A DNA stretch of 64,000 nucleotides, taken from sequence record OP991903.1. One strand, 5' to 3'. Position 1 is the stretch's first letter; each line of letters opens with the position of its first letter. The notes below the pieces were generated by a model. The model saw nothing but the letters and a program-made list of their open reading frames with translations, did not search any database and was not told the origin of the DNA. Position numbers and translations under genes: made by a program. Positions 19,922-28,412 of this stretch are shown here, in pieces.

Positions 19922-20070
19922 GAAAGAAAAGTCCTGGTAAAAAATTACTCAGTCGCTACGTGGTATGTGCACGTGTGGTTAGTAGTTCTTTATCAGGACC
20001 TCACTTTTATTATCCATTTAATCGAGGGCGCTTAGCAATGCCTGCCACGTAATTCAAGAGGTGTTCCATC

Positions 20071-20745
20071 ATGTTGATTCGTTTAGCCAATTCGACCCTG
20101 ACTCAGAAGAGTCCGCAGAAACCAAAGAAGAAACGTCCTGAGCTGACTTTGGTGACTGTCACTACCCGTAACGATGTGGATATCGAACCGGGCTATCATC
20201 GTGGTGCCAACCACTATCTGATTACCAACACGTTTGGTAACCACCGTCTCTATTCTCTCACCGTTAACCGCAAAGGCTTGACCGCGCCGATGATTGTTGA
20301 CGATGTCATGAAACGCCTGCGTCAAACTGCTGGCTGGACCAAGGTCGTTGCTCACGGTCCAAACTTCTATCCTGTCGAAGTGCAGAGCGATACCAGTAAA
20401 GAACCTGTCATCGGTTTGAAGCTGGGTGATTACAACGTCGGGTTTGTTATTCCAGGGAACGAGGCGGACTACCGTCTGGTACTGGATAAAGACCTTGACG
20501 GTATCAGTCTGAGTACCCTTTCTACTTTCATCCACGAATTCCTTAAACAGGAGATTGCCATGGCCGCCGATGAGAATTGTGCAAGTAACGCAGGAATGGA
20601 CACGGTAGAAGGTACCATCAACCCGGTGAAAGCATTTATGCTGGACTACGAGAAGAGACTTGGTTCCAAGTTGAATTTCGATGAATGGCAGGACCTGATT
20701 GAACTGGCGTATGACAGCCTGCTCGATGACGAGGAGGAAGAATGA
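20071..20745 (+). CDS. Hypothetical protein with acidic tail
   Basis: 224 aa, GAGG RBS, ends DDEEEE. Confidence 0.7.
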   Translation: MLIRLANSTLTQKSPQKPKKKRPELTLVTVTTRNDVDIEPGYHRGANHYLITNTFGNHRLYSLTVNRKGLTAPMIVDDVMKRLRQTAGWTKVVAHGPNFYPVEVQSDTSKEPVIGLKLGDYNVGFVIPGNEADYRLVLDKDLDGISLSTLSTFIHEFLKQEIAMAADENCASNAGMDTVEGTINPVKAFMLDYEKRLGSKLNFDEWQDLIELAYDSLLDDEEEE

Positions 20746-21779
20746 AAAACTTCCGTCTGGTAATTGTTGAGACGGGCTGGGAACTGTGGGGTGGTGGGCG
20801 TCTACTCGGACGCTTGCTGTCCCACAGGGACAACCCTTGTGCTGACTATCTCTTTCTTTTTTCGGAAACGCAGAAACGCTGCCATCGGTATTTCCTTTAC
20901 CAGGAGTCCCCTGACGCGATTAACCGTCACCAGCTAGTCAAGGTCATGGTTGAGCTGATATACCAGACAGGGTACTTCCCAGGCGTTCTGAAGGCAGCTC
21001 TGGCGACCAAGGTGCGCTTTGCTATCGAAGACACCGGGTTTGTGATGTACAGCAAAAATAAAAGGGTAGCGCGAGCCGACCGCAATGGGTCTGACTTACG
21101 CTGGGCGATGGATGCATCGGTACTGCAACGATACGGGTATTGTGACGACTCGTTGAACGCGGAACTGAACGCCGATTACCGTGACTGGGTTTTACTGCAC
21201 CCGAAGACCTCGGTGGGTCACGTGGAACGCATCAACATCGAGAACCGGTTCAATTACCATTCAAAGAGCCTCTACTACTTTGCCCCGGGGTACACTATTC
21301 CGGATGTGAAGTTTGTGCGCCGGGTGAGTCGGGACGATGAGATTCGTGCGGTGATTGTGGGACTGCTCTTTGGTCATCCGTTTGCCTACGCCATCACGTA
21401 CACCTCGATGAGTTTTGAAGACACCCTCCCACTGTTACGGGAAGCGTTGTCCAAGACTTTTGGCTTCGAACTCAGCAGTAGCGAGTTACACCTGCAACTT
21501 GTGAACCTGGACTTGTTCAACGACACGGGCCTGACCACCATTGCTAACAACGGTAAACCGATTGGACGTCTCCCAACCAATGCGTTGAACAGCGTAGCGG
21601 GGATTCGTAAGGTGGTGGAGTGGTTCGGTTGGGCGTTCGGGTTTAAGTTCGATGAGATTACCGACTTACCAGATATCCTGGTCGAAGGGATTTATCGTCT
21701 GTACCGTCGGGAACAACTGCTTCTGGAAGAGGCGGATGCGGCGCTGTTAGAAGAAGAGGCTGCGCTTGAAACTGAGTAA
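20742..21779 (+). CDS. Hypothetical protein with acidic tail
   Basis: 345 aa, ATGA overlap with previous stop, followed by terminator. Confidence 0.7.
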   Translation: MKNFRLVIVETGWELWGGGRLLGRLLSHRDNPCADYLFLFSETQKRCHRYFLYQESPDAINRHQLVKVMVELIYQTGYFPGVLKAALATKVRFAIEDTGFVMYSKNKRVARADRNGSDLRWAMDASVLQRYGYCDDSLNAELNADYRDWVLLHPKTSVGHVERINIENRFNYHSKSLYYFAPGYTIPDVKFVRRVSRDDEIRAVIVGLLFGHPFAYAITYTSMSFEDTLPLLREALSKTFGFELSSSELHLQLVNLDLFNDTGLTTIANNGKPIGRLPTNALNSVAGIRKVVEWFGWAFGFKFDEITDLPDILVEGIYRLYRREQLLLEEADAALLEEEAALETE

Positions 21780-21782
21780 CCG

Positions 21783-21809
21783 GTGCCGGGAAACCGGCAC
21801 TTTTTTTTT
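21783..21809 (+). terminator. Intrinsic terminator
   Basis: GTGCCGG-GAAA-CCGGCAC followed by a T9 run. Confidence 0.85.
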
Positions 21810-21827
21810 GCCCTCTCGAAACAAAAA

Positions 21828-21857
21828 GAAAAAAAAACGAGGACCCGAAGGCCCTCG
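21828..21857 (-). terminator. Intrinsic terminator for the minus-strand gene
   Basis: On the minus strand CGAGGGCC-TTCG-GGTCCTCG followed by a T-run. Confidence 0.75.
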
Positions 21858-21943
21858 TGGAAAATTATCCGCTTAAATTGCGCGTCAATCTAGTGGGTCG
21901 GGCCTGAACTCCCAATCCATGTTCAGCTACAATGAACATACCA

Positions 21944-23164
21944 TTAGCGTTTCTTGAAGTAGTTCACCGTCATCGCCCTAAGCACCAAGTAAAGAATCAA
22001 CCCGGTACGTTCCCCGGATACAGGTGTTGGACTCTTACGTCCGGTCGCAGTCCGAACAATCTTGTCGCCTTCGTTACGCAGGTACAGGACGTCTTTCTCT
22101 TTGTTACGGGAGGCGTTGATAATCCCCTTCAGGACTTCGGAGACCGCAACCAGGTTACGGGAATCAATCCCCTTCTCCTTAATCAGGTCAAACGCAAACT
22201 CCAGCACCTTATCCACAAACTCCGGTAACTTGGCTTTTGGGTTAGCCTGGTAGTTCGCCGATACCCAGTTCAAGGTTTGCACGAACGCACTGGGGGTCAT
22301 GGACGGGTTCATCCCTGCTACGGTGTTCACCAGTTCGAGGCGAACAAAGGATGGACCGTCAACGATGATTTCCTTCAGGTATCGACTGTACGTACTGAGG
22401 GTACGCGTCATGTCACGCACTTCCAGTTCCCCGTCCACTTCCACCATGCTGGAGACGGAAGCGACCCGCCCATCATCGGCACGGACTTCGTAATACAGAG
22501 CAGTGAGTTTCTTAATCACCACACGGATACGGGTCTGTGGGTCGGTAACCGCATACTGGATATCTTCGTCGTCAGCAAAGGCGATGAAGGTTTTGTAGTG
22601 GATACCGGATTTGGCAATGATGCTTTCGGCGCGGGCGTGAATCAGATTACCCCACGTCTTCAGGACCTTCAGGTCAAACTTGAAGTTCATCGCCTCGTAC
22701 GTACGCAGCGCAATCTGGGGGTCAGACTGATACTGGAAGTAGTTGGTGAGAATACTGGAGATGTACTTGAAGTGCAGGATACTGATGAGGTGTACCGCGC
22801 ACTCATGTTGTTCTTTGGCGTTCAGTGCCTTGCTGGTCAGTGTCCGGTGGACCAGATAAATCACACTGAGGTTCAGGGCGTCAGAGGCCACGATGTGGTT
22901 TCGGTCAACGCTATCCAGTTCCCAGAGGGCTTCCTGGATTTCATCACGGTCGCCTTCCAGGATGTCATCGAACCAGTTCCCGGTTTCCTGGTCTGTCCAA
23001 CGCAGACGGTGTACGGCTAATAAACCGGAACCGAAGAAGCCGGAATGTTCAGGGTTCTTGTTAATGAACCCATTGTAAAACGCTTTCACCCGATTGGCGA
23101 ACTTCTTGTCGAAGCTCTGGACGCGGGAGAGGCGCAAGAAAACGTCACGAATGGCCATATTCAC
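21944..23164 (-). CDS. Conserved phiKZ-like hypothetical (possibly virion) protein
   Basis: 406 aa; KNPEHSGFFGSGLL.V.RLRW.D...WFDD and RTGLILYLVLRA patterns recalled from phiKZ-like core genes. Confidence 0.7.
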   Translation of the reverse strand: MNMAIRDVFLRLSRVQSFDKKFANRVKAFYNGFINKNPEHSGFFGSGLLAVHRLRWTDQETGNWFDDILEGDRDEIQEALWELDSVDRNHIVASDALNLSVIYLVHRTLTSKALNAKEQHECAVHLISILHFKYISSILTNYFQYQSDPQIALRTYEAMNFKFDLKVLKTWGNLIHARAESIIAKSGIHYKTFIAFADDEDIQYAVTDPQTRIRVVIKKLTALYYEVRADDGRVASVSSMVEVDGELEVRDMTRTLSTYSRYLKEIIVDGPSFVRLELVNTVAGMNPSMTPSAFVQTLNWVSANYQANPKAKLPEFVDKVLEFAFDLIKEKGIDSRNLVAVSEVLKGIINASRNKEKDVLYLRNEGDKIVRTATGRKSPTPVSGERTGLILYLVLRAMTVNYFKKR

Positions 23165-23190
23165 AACCCGTTTTAAAGTGAGGAAAGGTC

Positions 23191-23206
23191 TATATTATCA
23201 GCATGA
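23191..23206 (+). promoter_or_regulatory. Putative early promoter
   Basis: TATATTATCAGCATGA ahead of the 23.2-27.2 kb operon. Confidence 0.55.
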
Positions 23207-23264
23207 GAAGGTGTACTTATGCCTTCCACTACAACAATAATCCGTAACACCATTGGAGGTATTT

Positions 23265-23660
23265 ATGACGGAAAAATATAAAGAGATAATTGAAGCACTC
23301 AGTTTGTACAGTATCGAAGAACGCAAAGAAATCATCCTTGCGATTCAAGGGACGTTTGACCCGCAGCAAGAAGTCATTGGTTTCTTGCGTCAACATCTTT
23401 CATCGGAACCGATGTCCATGAACGATGTGAAGAAGAACTTCTTAAAGGTGTCCATTGGACTCTTCAAGATGACGCATATCCCACTCTTTGAAGACTTTGA
23501 ATTCAGAGAGGCCATTACGAAGTTCATGGACTGGCTACCTGAACGTTATCCGTGGTACCGCAGTCAGCACTACTACTCAAAGCAATGGAACAGCTACATC
23601 GGACATCTCATCAAGATAGTTCAGGCTGGTCGCTGCTTACGTAAACAAAACACTAACTAA
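23265..23660 (+). CDS. Hypothetical protein (paralog of next gene)
   Basis: Start MTEKYK with GGAGG RBS; helical. Confidence 0.7.
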   Translation: MTEKYKEIIEALSLYSIEERKEIILAIQGTFDPQQEVIGFLRQHLSSEPMSMNDVKKNFLKVSIGLFKMTHIPLFEDFEFREAITKFMDWLPERYPWYRSQHYYSKQWNSYIGHLIKIVQAGRCLRKQNTN

Positions 23661-23695
23661 TAACCCGGGGTCCATGGACCCCTATCGGAGTAAAC

Positions 23696-24097
23696 ATGAA
23701 ACAAGAAAAAATATACGATGTCATCGTGGGCCTAATCGAAGAACTCGACGATGAGCATAAAGAAAAACTTATCAAGCTTTTGAATAAGCAAACCGAAGCA
23801 CCTTTGTCCGAGCTTACTGACTATTTGGATAAAGTGCGTCTCCCAACTGTCGGGGAAATGAAAGCCTCCAAAGCGGGGATGCAGTACCAGACCGTCAAAT
23901 CCCACGTCGTGTCTACCTGGCCATCCATGTTCGACCACCATGACTTCAAAGGGGTGATGCGTGCGATGGAAATCGAAATCAATGCGTTCCCTGAATTCGG
24001 TCACGCCAGCGAATTGTACCGCAAGTGGAACGACACGGTCGACGCGTTGAAACGCATTGTCAACGGTATCGCTGCTCATCAGAATCGTAAGTCATAA
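23696..24097 (+). CDS. Hypothetical protein (paralog of previous gene)
   Basis: 133 aa, GGAG RBS. Confidence 0.7.
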   Translation: MKQEKIYDVIVGLIEELDDEHKEKLIKLLNKQTEAPLSELTDYLDKVRLPTVGEMKASKAGMQYQTVKSHVVSTWPSMFDHHDFKGVMRAMEIEINAFPEFGHASELYRKWNDTVDALKRIVNGIAAHQNRKS

Positions 24098-24177
24098 TTT
24101 ACGACGGACATAAACCTTATGCCACCAGGTTCCTTCGGGGACCTGGAGTGTATTCTTTTATTCAGGAGAAAAAAGTA

Positions 24178-24837
24178 ATGTACAACAACTTCGACAACAA
24201 GAAGAAGCTCATTTACGTTCAGATGGCAGCAGCCACCATGCAGGACCTGTTGAACCTGACTGAACGGGCAAAAACAACCGCACTGAACAAACCAATGGTT
24301 GCCAGCCTCCAATCCAATCTCGCGGCGCGTCTTCCGGGGCTGGTTGCCGAGACTGAGCGTTCGGAACAAGTCTGGTTAGAAGGGATGTTGAAAAACAGTC
24401 AGAACTGGCGAGACATCATACTCCCTGATTTTCTGGCGGTTGAAAGTCAGATGGTGGATTTCATCTCCGAGTTCGTGCGGGATGTGGAACACCAACTGTT
24501 CATCGTGGGCGGGTCTGACCGCCTGAAGGCTTTACTCGATGCGGTCCGCGATATCTACGAAGTGCACTACAAAGAAGTACAAGAGAAATACGCACTGAAC
24601 GCTGTGGTACACGACATTCACAAACGTCTGGGACAAGAAGTTGCGTTCCAGGAATTCGACCCGCATCATCGCGATTACCTGGTTGACCAAATTAACAGCG
24701 CTAAAACCCTGACGGGGTTACGGGCGATTCTGAACAATGCGGTTTATCATTTCAACCTCGAAATGGTTTACCTGCGCAAAGAACAACAAGTGCAGGCCGG
24801 GGCCAGCAAAACAGGCGGGAGTCTTAAAGTACAATGA
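24178..24837 (+). CDS. Hypothetical alpha-helical protein
   Basis: Start MYNNFD with AGGAG RBS; ATGA overlap with next gene. Confidence 0.7.
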   Translation: MYNNFDNKKKLIYVQMAAATMQDLLNLTERAKTTALNKPMVASLQSNLAARLPGLVAETERSEQVWLEGMLKNSQNWRDIILPDFLAVESQMVDFISEFVRDVEHQLFIVGGSDRLKALLDAVRDIYEVHYKEVQEKYALNAVVHDIHKRLGQEVAFQEFDPHHRDYLVDQINSAKTLTGLRAILNNAVYHFNLEMVYLRKEQQVQAGASKTGGSLKVQ

Positions 24838-25418
24838 CCACAGAATTCTTTCGCGGCATTTACGGTGCGGGAGACGTCTTAGACAAGCGGTTGGCGTCAT
24901 GGACCTTCAGTAACCATCGGCCCACCGCTCACTACTACGCCATCCATCCGCTGGATGCGTTGGGGCAAGTCGAGAACCCACGCATCGTCGTCGCCACTCT
25001 TGACTGCAAGAACTTTTTCCAGAATACCCCGACTGACCCCTTCCTGGAGTTAGGTGAGGTTGAAGCTAAACTCGGGCGTACCGAAGCCCTACGCATTGCC
25101 CGCAAGTTCAAAGAGTGGATTGCCAACACCAACCTCTGGGAAGACATGACCGTATCGGAATTTGCGCAGTACCCGAACCACACGATTGACCAATGGTTGG
25201 ACCGTTACCCGGACCGACTGGAGGAACTCTACTTCCAAGCCTATCCGTTCTACGACGACCCTGAAGAGGTTACTAAGTTAATCGCAGCAGGCTTTGACGG
25301 TGCGGCGTACGGCGGCAATGCTGCTTCCATGTACACGACGGAGTGGCGAGTCTTCGCCAAAGAAACCATTAAAATCGTTCGTGTCGAACAAATCATTCCT
25401 CAGGAGGAAACCAAATGA
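24834..25418 (+). CDS. Putative ADP-ribosyltransferase-fold protein (ART-PolyVal-like, R-S-E)
   Basis: FFRG...SWTFS...AHYYA...PRIVVATL..KN...LIAAGFDGAAY...TEWRVF...IK follows the ART motif order. Confidence 0.55.
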   Translation: MTTEFFRGIYGAGDVLDKRLASWTFSNHRPTAHYYAIHPLDALGQVENPRIVVATLDCKNFFQNTPTDPFLELGEVEAKLGRTEALRIARKFKEWIANTNLWEDMTVSEFAQYPNHTIDQWLDRYPDRLEELYFQAYPFYDDPEEVTKLIAAGFDGAAYGGNAASMYTTEWRVFAKETIKIVRVEQIIPQEETK

Positions 25419-26446
25419 CTTCACTTTTCGCAATCAACAAAGACGTACAAGAAATTTACCTGACCTTCGTTGACGACCGCTGTGAGTGGCGTCGCGAAAT
25501 CTCCGAGAAGGGTTATCACTCTCTCGACCAGCTTCAGAAGATTACCGTCGACACTATCTCCCTGGACTGGAAGGTTAACGAAAGCATCGACTGCCCACTG
25601 TCTGATGAGGACATGGCGAAAGCGGACCTCAACAAAGACTTCACGTTGTACCTAGAGTTAGACGGTGGGTACGGTACGCTACAACTCATCAACAAAGACG
25701 GGGTACTGACGCTAGGCGGCGATAGCGACATCAACTACACGGTTTCTCACATGAGCGTGAAGGTGGAGGCAAACTACTACCTGGGTGACCACGGTGTAGA
25801 AGGTATCCCTGAGCGTCCGCTGTTGATAGAAATTCTGGCGTTACGCTCTTTCCTCGCCGACCTGGAACTACCGGTCTTCGCATCATCGGAACCCGGTAAG
25901 ACCAATGGGCACAGTCCGTGGTTAGGTCTCTTCAACGAAGCCGTCCATAAGGTAAAAGACCTGCGTAAAAGTTTGGCAGTTGACCACATCCAGTATTCCG
26001 GTGATGCACCTGAACTCGTGGTGTCGTTCTTCGAACATGCGCAGACCGAAACCCCAGACTGGTTCTGGACAGAGCAGGAGAAGGTTGGTCATGTGGCCAT
26101 GGCGCTCAAATACGACGATGCTCGCCGCTTCTGTCTGACAGCCATTGGTCACGGTGACCTGACCCCATGGCGTGATGTACATGTGGCGTTGTACCAGCTG
26201 TTCGCGTGCAGTCTGAAGGAAACCCTGGACGGTGTACGTGATGCCTTCTTCCAGCACGTGCGTGGCGTCTACCGTAAACACAAGGCGATTCAGGAAAAAT
26301 CCCCTTCAGTCACCATCCTGCTGGAAGCGTACTACGACTTCGATTACGTGAATATCTACCAGGGGGTACGTAAAGGAACACTACAGTACCTTAACCACCT
26401 CGAAATCAAAGCTCACCAGGAGCTCTGGGAAAAGATTCACCCGTAA
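25415..26446 (+). CDS. Hypothetical protein
   Basis: 343 aa, AGGAGG RBS, ATGA overlap. Confidence 0.7.
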   Translation: MTSLFAINKDVQEIYLTFVDDRCEWRREISEKGYHSLDQLQKITVDTISLDWKVNESIDCPLSDEDMAKADLNKDFTLYLELDGGYGTLQLINKDGVLTLGGDSDINYTVSHMSVKVEANYYLGDHGVEGIPERPLLIEILALRSFLADLELPVFASSEPGKTNGHSPWLGLFNEAVHKVKDLRKSLAVDHIQYSGDAPELVVSFFEHAQTETPDWFWTEQEKVGHVAMALKYDDARRFCLTAIGHGDLTPWRDVHVALYQLFACSLKETLDGVRDAFFQHVRGVYRKHKAIQEKSPSVTILLEAYYDFDYVNIYQGVRKGTLQYLNHLEIKAHQELWEKIHP

Positions 26447-26453
26447 CAACATC

Positions 26454-26486
26454 AAAGGTGGGGCTTTCCCCACCTTTTCTTTTTTA
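26454..26486 (+). terminator. Intrinsic terminator
   Basis: AAAGGTGGGG-CTTT-CCCCACCTTT plus T-run. Confidence 0.75.
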
Positions 26487-26515
26487 AACGCTTACAGCGC
26501 TTTACAGGAGCGTAT

Positions 26516-27163
26516 ATGGACAGAAGTTATTACGAGTTTAGCGAAGATGCGAAACGTCGCTTCAATGACCGCCTACGTTGGATACTGGTAGGGGTAGGGG
26601 TTGTTTGGCAGGGTGATGATGAAGCGATAAACGAGATGGTGGTCCCACCGGAACGTATTCGTGCTATCCTGGAAGAGTTCTACAGCAAAGCTGCCGAATG
26701 CTACAAAGAACTGGCTGATGAACAACCTCAGGCCATGGAACGTATCGACATGTTGCGTGAACTGGTTGAGCAAGAACTGGAGCGGGGACAGATGGTCACC
26801 TTGCCTGCGGTGAAGGTGTTGGTTGACCGGGGCGTGAAGTTAATCTGGGAAGCCATCAACTTCCACGAAAGTGGCGGGGACGACCAACCGCTGTTCCAGT
26901 TGCTAATTAACCTGTCGTACATCAACACCCGTATCAAAACGTTAATCGACATGGTGCGGGTTGAAAGTGCTCAGCGAGTATTGGAAGAACAAATCGCTAA
27001 GTACGTGGAGAGTGGTGAGTTCGATGATTACTACATCCACAAACTGATGGACGGAATTCTACATCAGGCGGTGTCATGGACAGAGTTCCGTCGCATGATT
27101 GACATCACGTTGAAGTACATCGAACCAAGTGCTTCACCGGAACCTCCAGTCCTCGAACAGTAA
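26516..27163 (+). CDS. Hypothetical alpha-helical acidic protein
   Basis: 215 aa, AGGAG RBS. Confidence 0.7.
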   Translation: MDRSYYEFSEDAKRRFNDRLRWILVGVGVVWQGDDEAINEMVVPPERIRAILEEFYSKAAECYKELADEQPQAMERIDMLRELVEQELERGQMVTLPAVKVLVDRGVKLIWEAINFHESGGDDQPLFQLLINLSYINTRIKTLIDMVRVESAQRVLEEQIAKYVESGEFDDYYIHKLMDGILHQAVSWTEFRRMIDITLKYIEPSASPEPPVLEQ

Positions 27164-27196
27164 TTTCACGATTTGGTCACTCTGACTTATTATATT

Positions 27197-27424
27197 TATC
27201 GAACATCTCTGAAAAGGGGTGTTTCGATAGGTATTCCATCGTATAACGGTTATTTTTTACGGTGGGGTGCATTGTTTTGAACTTCCAGCCAAAAGGCCCG
27301 TAGGGGCTTTTGTGCTGTTAACTAGTACCCGTATGATTGCGAGTGAATACGAGTAATCATTAGAGGGTACTGAGTGAGTACGCTAGTACTCTATCCTTCT
27401 TTCAGAGTGAGAGACTAATCACTC
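27197..27424. other. Non-coding hairpin array (candidate structured RNA or cis element)
   Basis: Five inverted repeats in a 320-bp ORF-free gap (see findings). Confidence 0.45.
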
Positions 27425-27484
27425 GAAAAATTTCAAACTAATTAAATTAACCATTCAATAAAAAACCTTATTCAGGAGAGAATC

Positions 27485-27784
27485 ATGTTACACGCTAATT
27501 ACGGAATCGTTGTTCCTATCATTGTACCCCACTCAGTACGCGATATGGCTAAAGGTGAAACGCAATGTCTGACGCATCGCAACATTCCCGAGAACACCTT
27601 CGTCTTACGCGGAAGTTACGTAGAGTTTGCTCCACAGAACTACGAAGACGCACTGGTACTCGTGAGCAAGGTAGTGACGGAAACCTCTGGGGACGCTACC
27701 CTGGATGAACTGCACGCTTGGGCAATGAAAGTCTTAACCTGGGTAATCACACGCCGTAATGACAAAGGGTGGGAGAAGCCATGA
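27485..27784 (+). CDS. Hypothetical protein
   Basis: 99 aa, AGGAG RBS. Confidence 0.65.
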   Translation: MLHANYGIVVPIIVPHSVRDMAKGETQCLTHRNIPENTFVLRGSYVEFAPQNYEDALVLVSKVVTETSGDATLDELHAWAMKVLTWVITRRNDKGWEKP

Positions 27785-28194
27785 TTAAAACCAATGAAAG
27801 CTTCCCTGTAGACGATAAGGGAAAGGAAGCGGACTTAGTCGTCAGTACGGCTGGGATGGTGTTTCCGTTCTGGGGGATTCGTACTGGATGGGCGGGGGCA
27901 GTGGAAGGCGGTGAATACCTGATGCTGGCCATGGACACCAAAGAACTTCCTGAGGGTGTGACACCTGTTCCGGACAAAAGTCCGATGATGGTCTTCTACC
28001 CCAACCGTAAACTGGACCTGACACATTGGGCACTGGTTGCAGCACAAGTTAGACACGGCGGACACACGCCTATGGTGATTCGGGTATTGTGGAATACGGG
28101 GGAGGAGTTCCAGTACGAGAACGTCCTGAAGAACGAAGGGAAACGCACCCTCAGTTACAAAGGGAATGTCAGCAGTGGGGTGAATGCACAATGA
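27781..28194 (+). CDS. Hypothetical protein
   Basis: Start MIKTNE with GGAG RBS; ATGA overlaps at both ends. Confidence 0.65.
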   Translation: MIKTNESFPVDDKGKEADLVVSTAGMVFPFWGIRTGWAGAVEGGEYLMLAMDTKELPEGVTPVPDKSPMMVFYPNRKLDLTHWALVAAQVRHGGHTPMVIRVLWNTGEEFQYENVLKNEGKRTLSYKGNVSSGVNAQ

Positions 28195-28412
28195 GCACAA
28201 AGGACCGCTTTGAAATACGGTTAATCGAGGACGTTCCGCCCGATGAAATTACCCCAGAGGAATTCAAGCAGCTCATGGAACTTACCGGGGAGGTCAGTCA
28301 GACCCGGATGGTCCGACGTGCATTGAAAACGTACCTGGGGAATTACGCCGAGATGGAAATCGTCGCTCTGGAAGACCGTATCAGGACGCTACGCAAGTTG
28401 ACGGAGAAATGA
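28191..28412 (+). CDS. Putative ribbon-helix-helix (CopG-like) regulator with coiled-coil tail
   Basis: 73 aa from MSTKDRFEIRL; EEFKQLMELTGEVSQTRMVRRALKTYL fits the RHH helix A/B pattern. Confidence 0.5.
   Translation: MSTKDRFEIRLIEDVPPDEITPEEFKQLMELTGEVSQTRMVRRALKTYLGNYAEMEIVALEDRIRTLRKLTEK

Noticed and set aside
21864-21939. 24-codon minus-strand mini-ORF (MFIVAEHGLG...) between the 406-aa gene and its terminator
   Set aside because: No recognisable RBS; cannot be supported without Ribo-seq.
22277-23020. 247-aa plus-strand ORF
   Set aside because: Fully antisense to the conserved 406-aa gene; composition typical of a shadow ORF.
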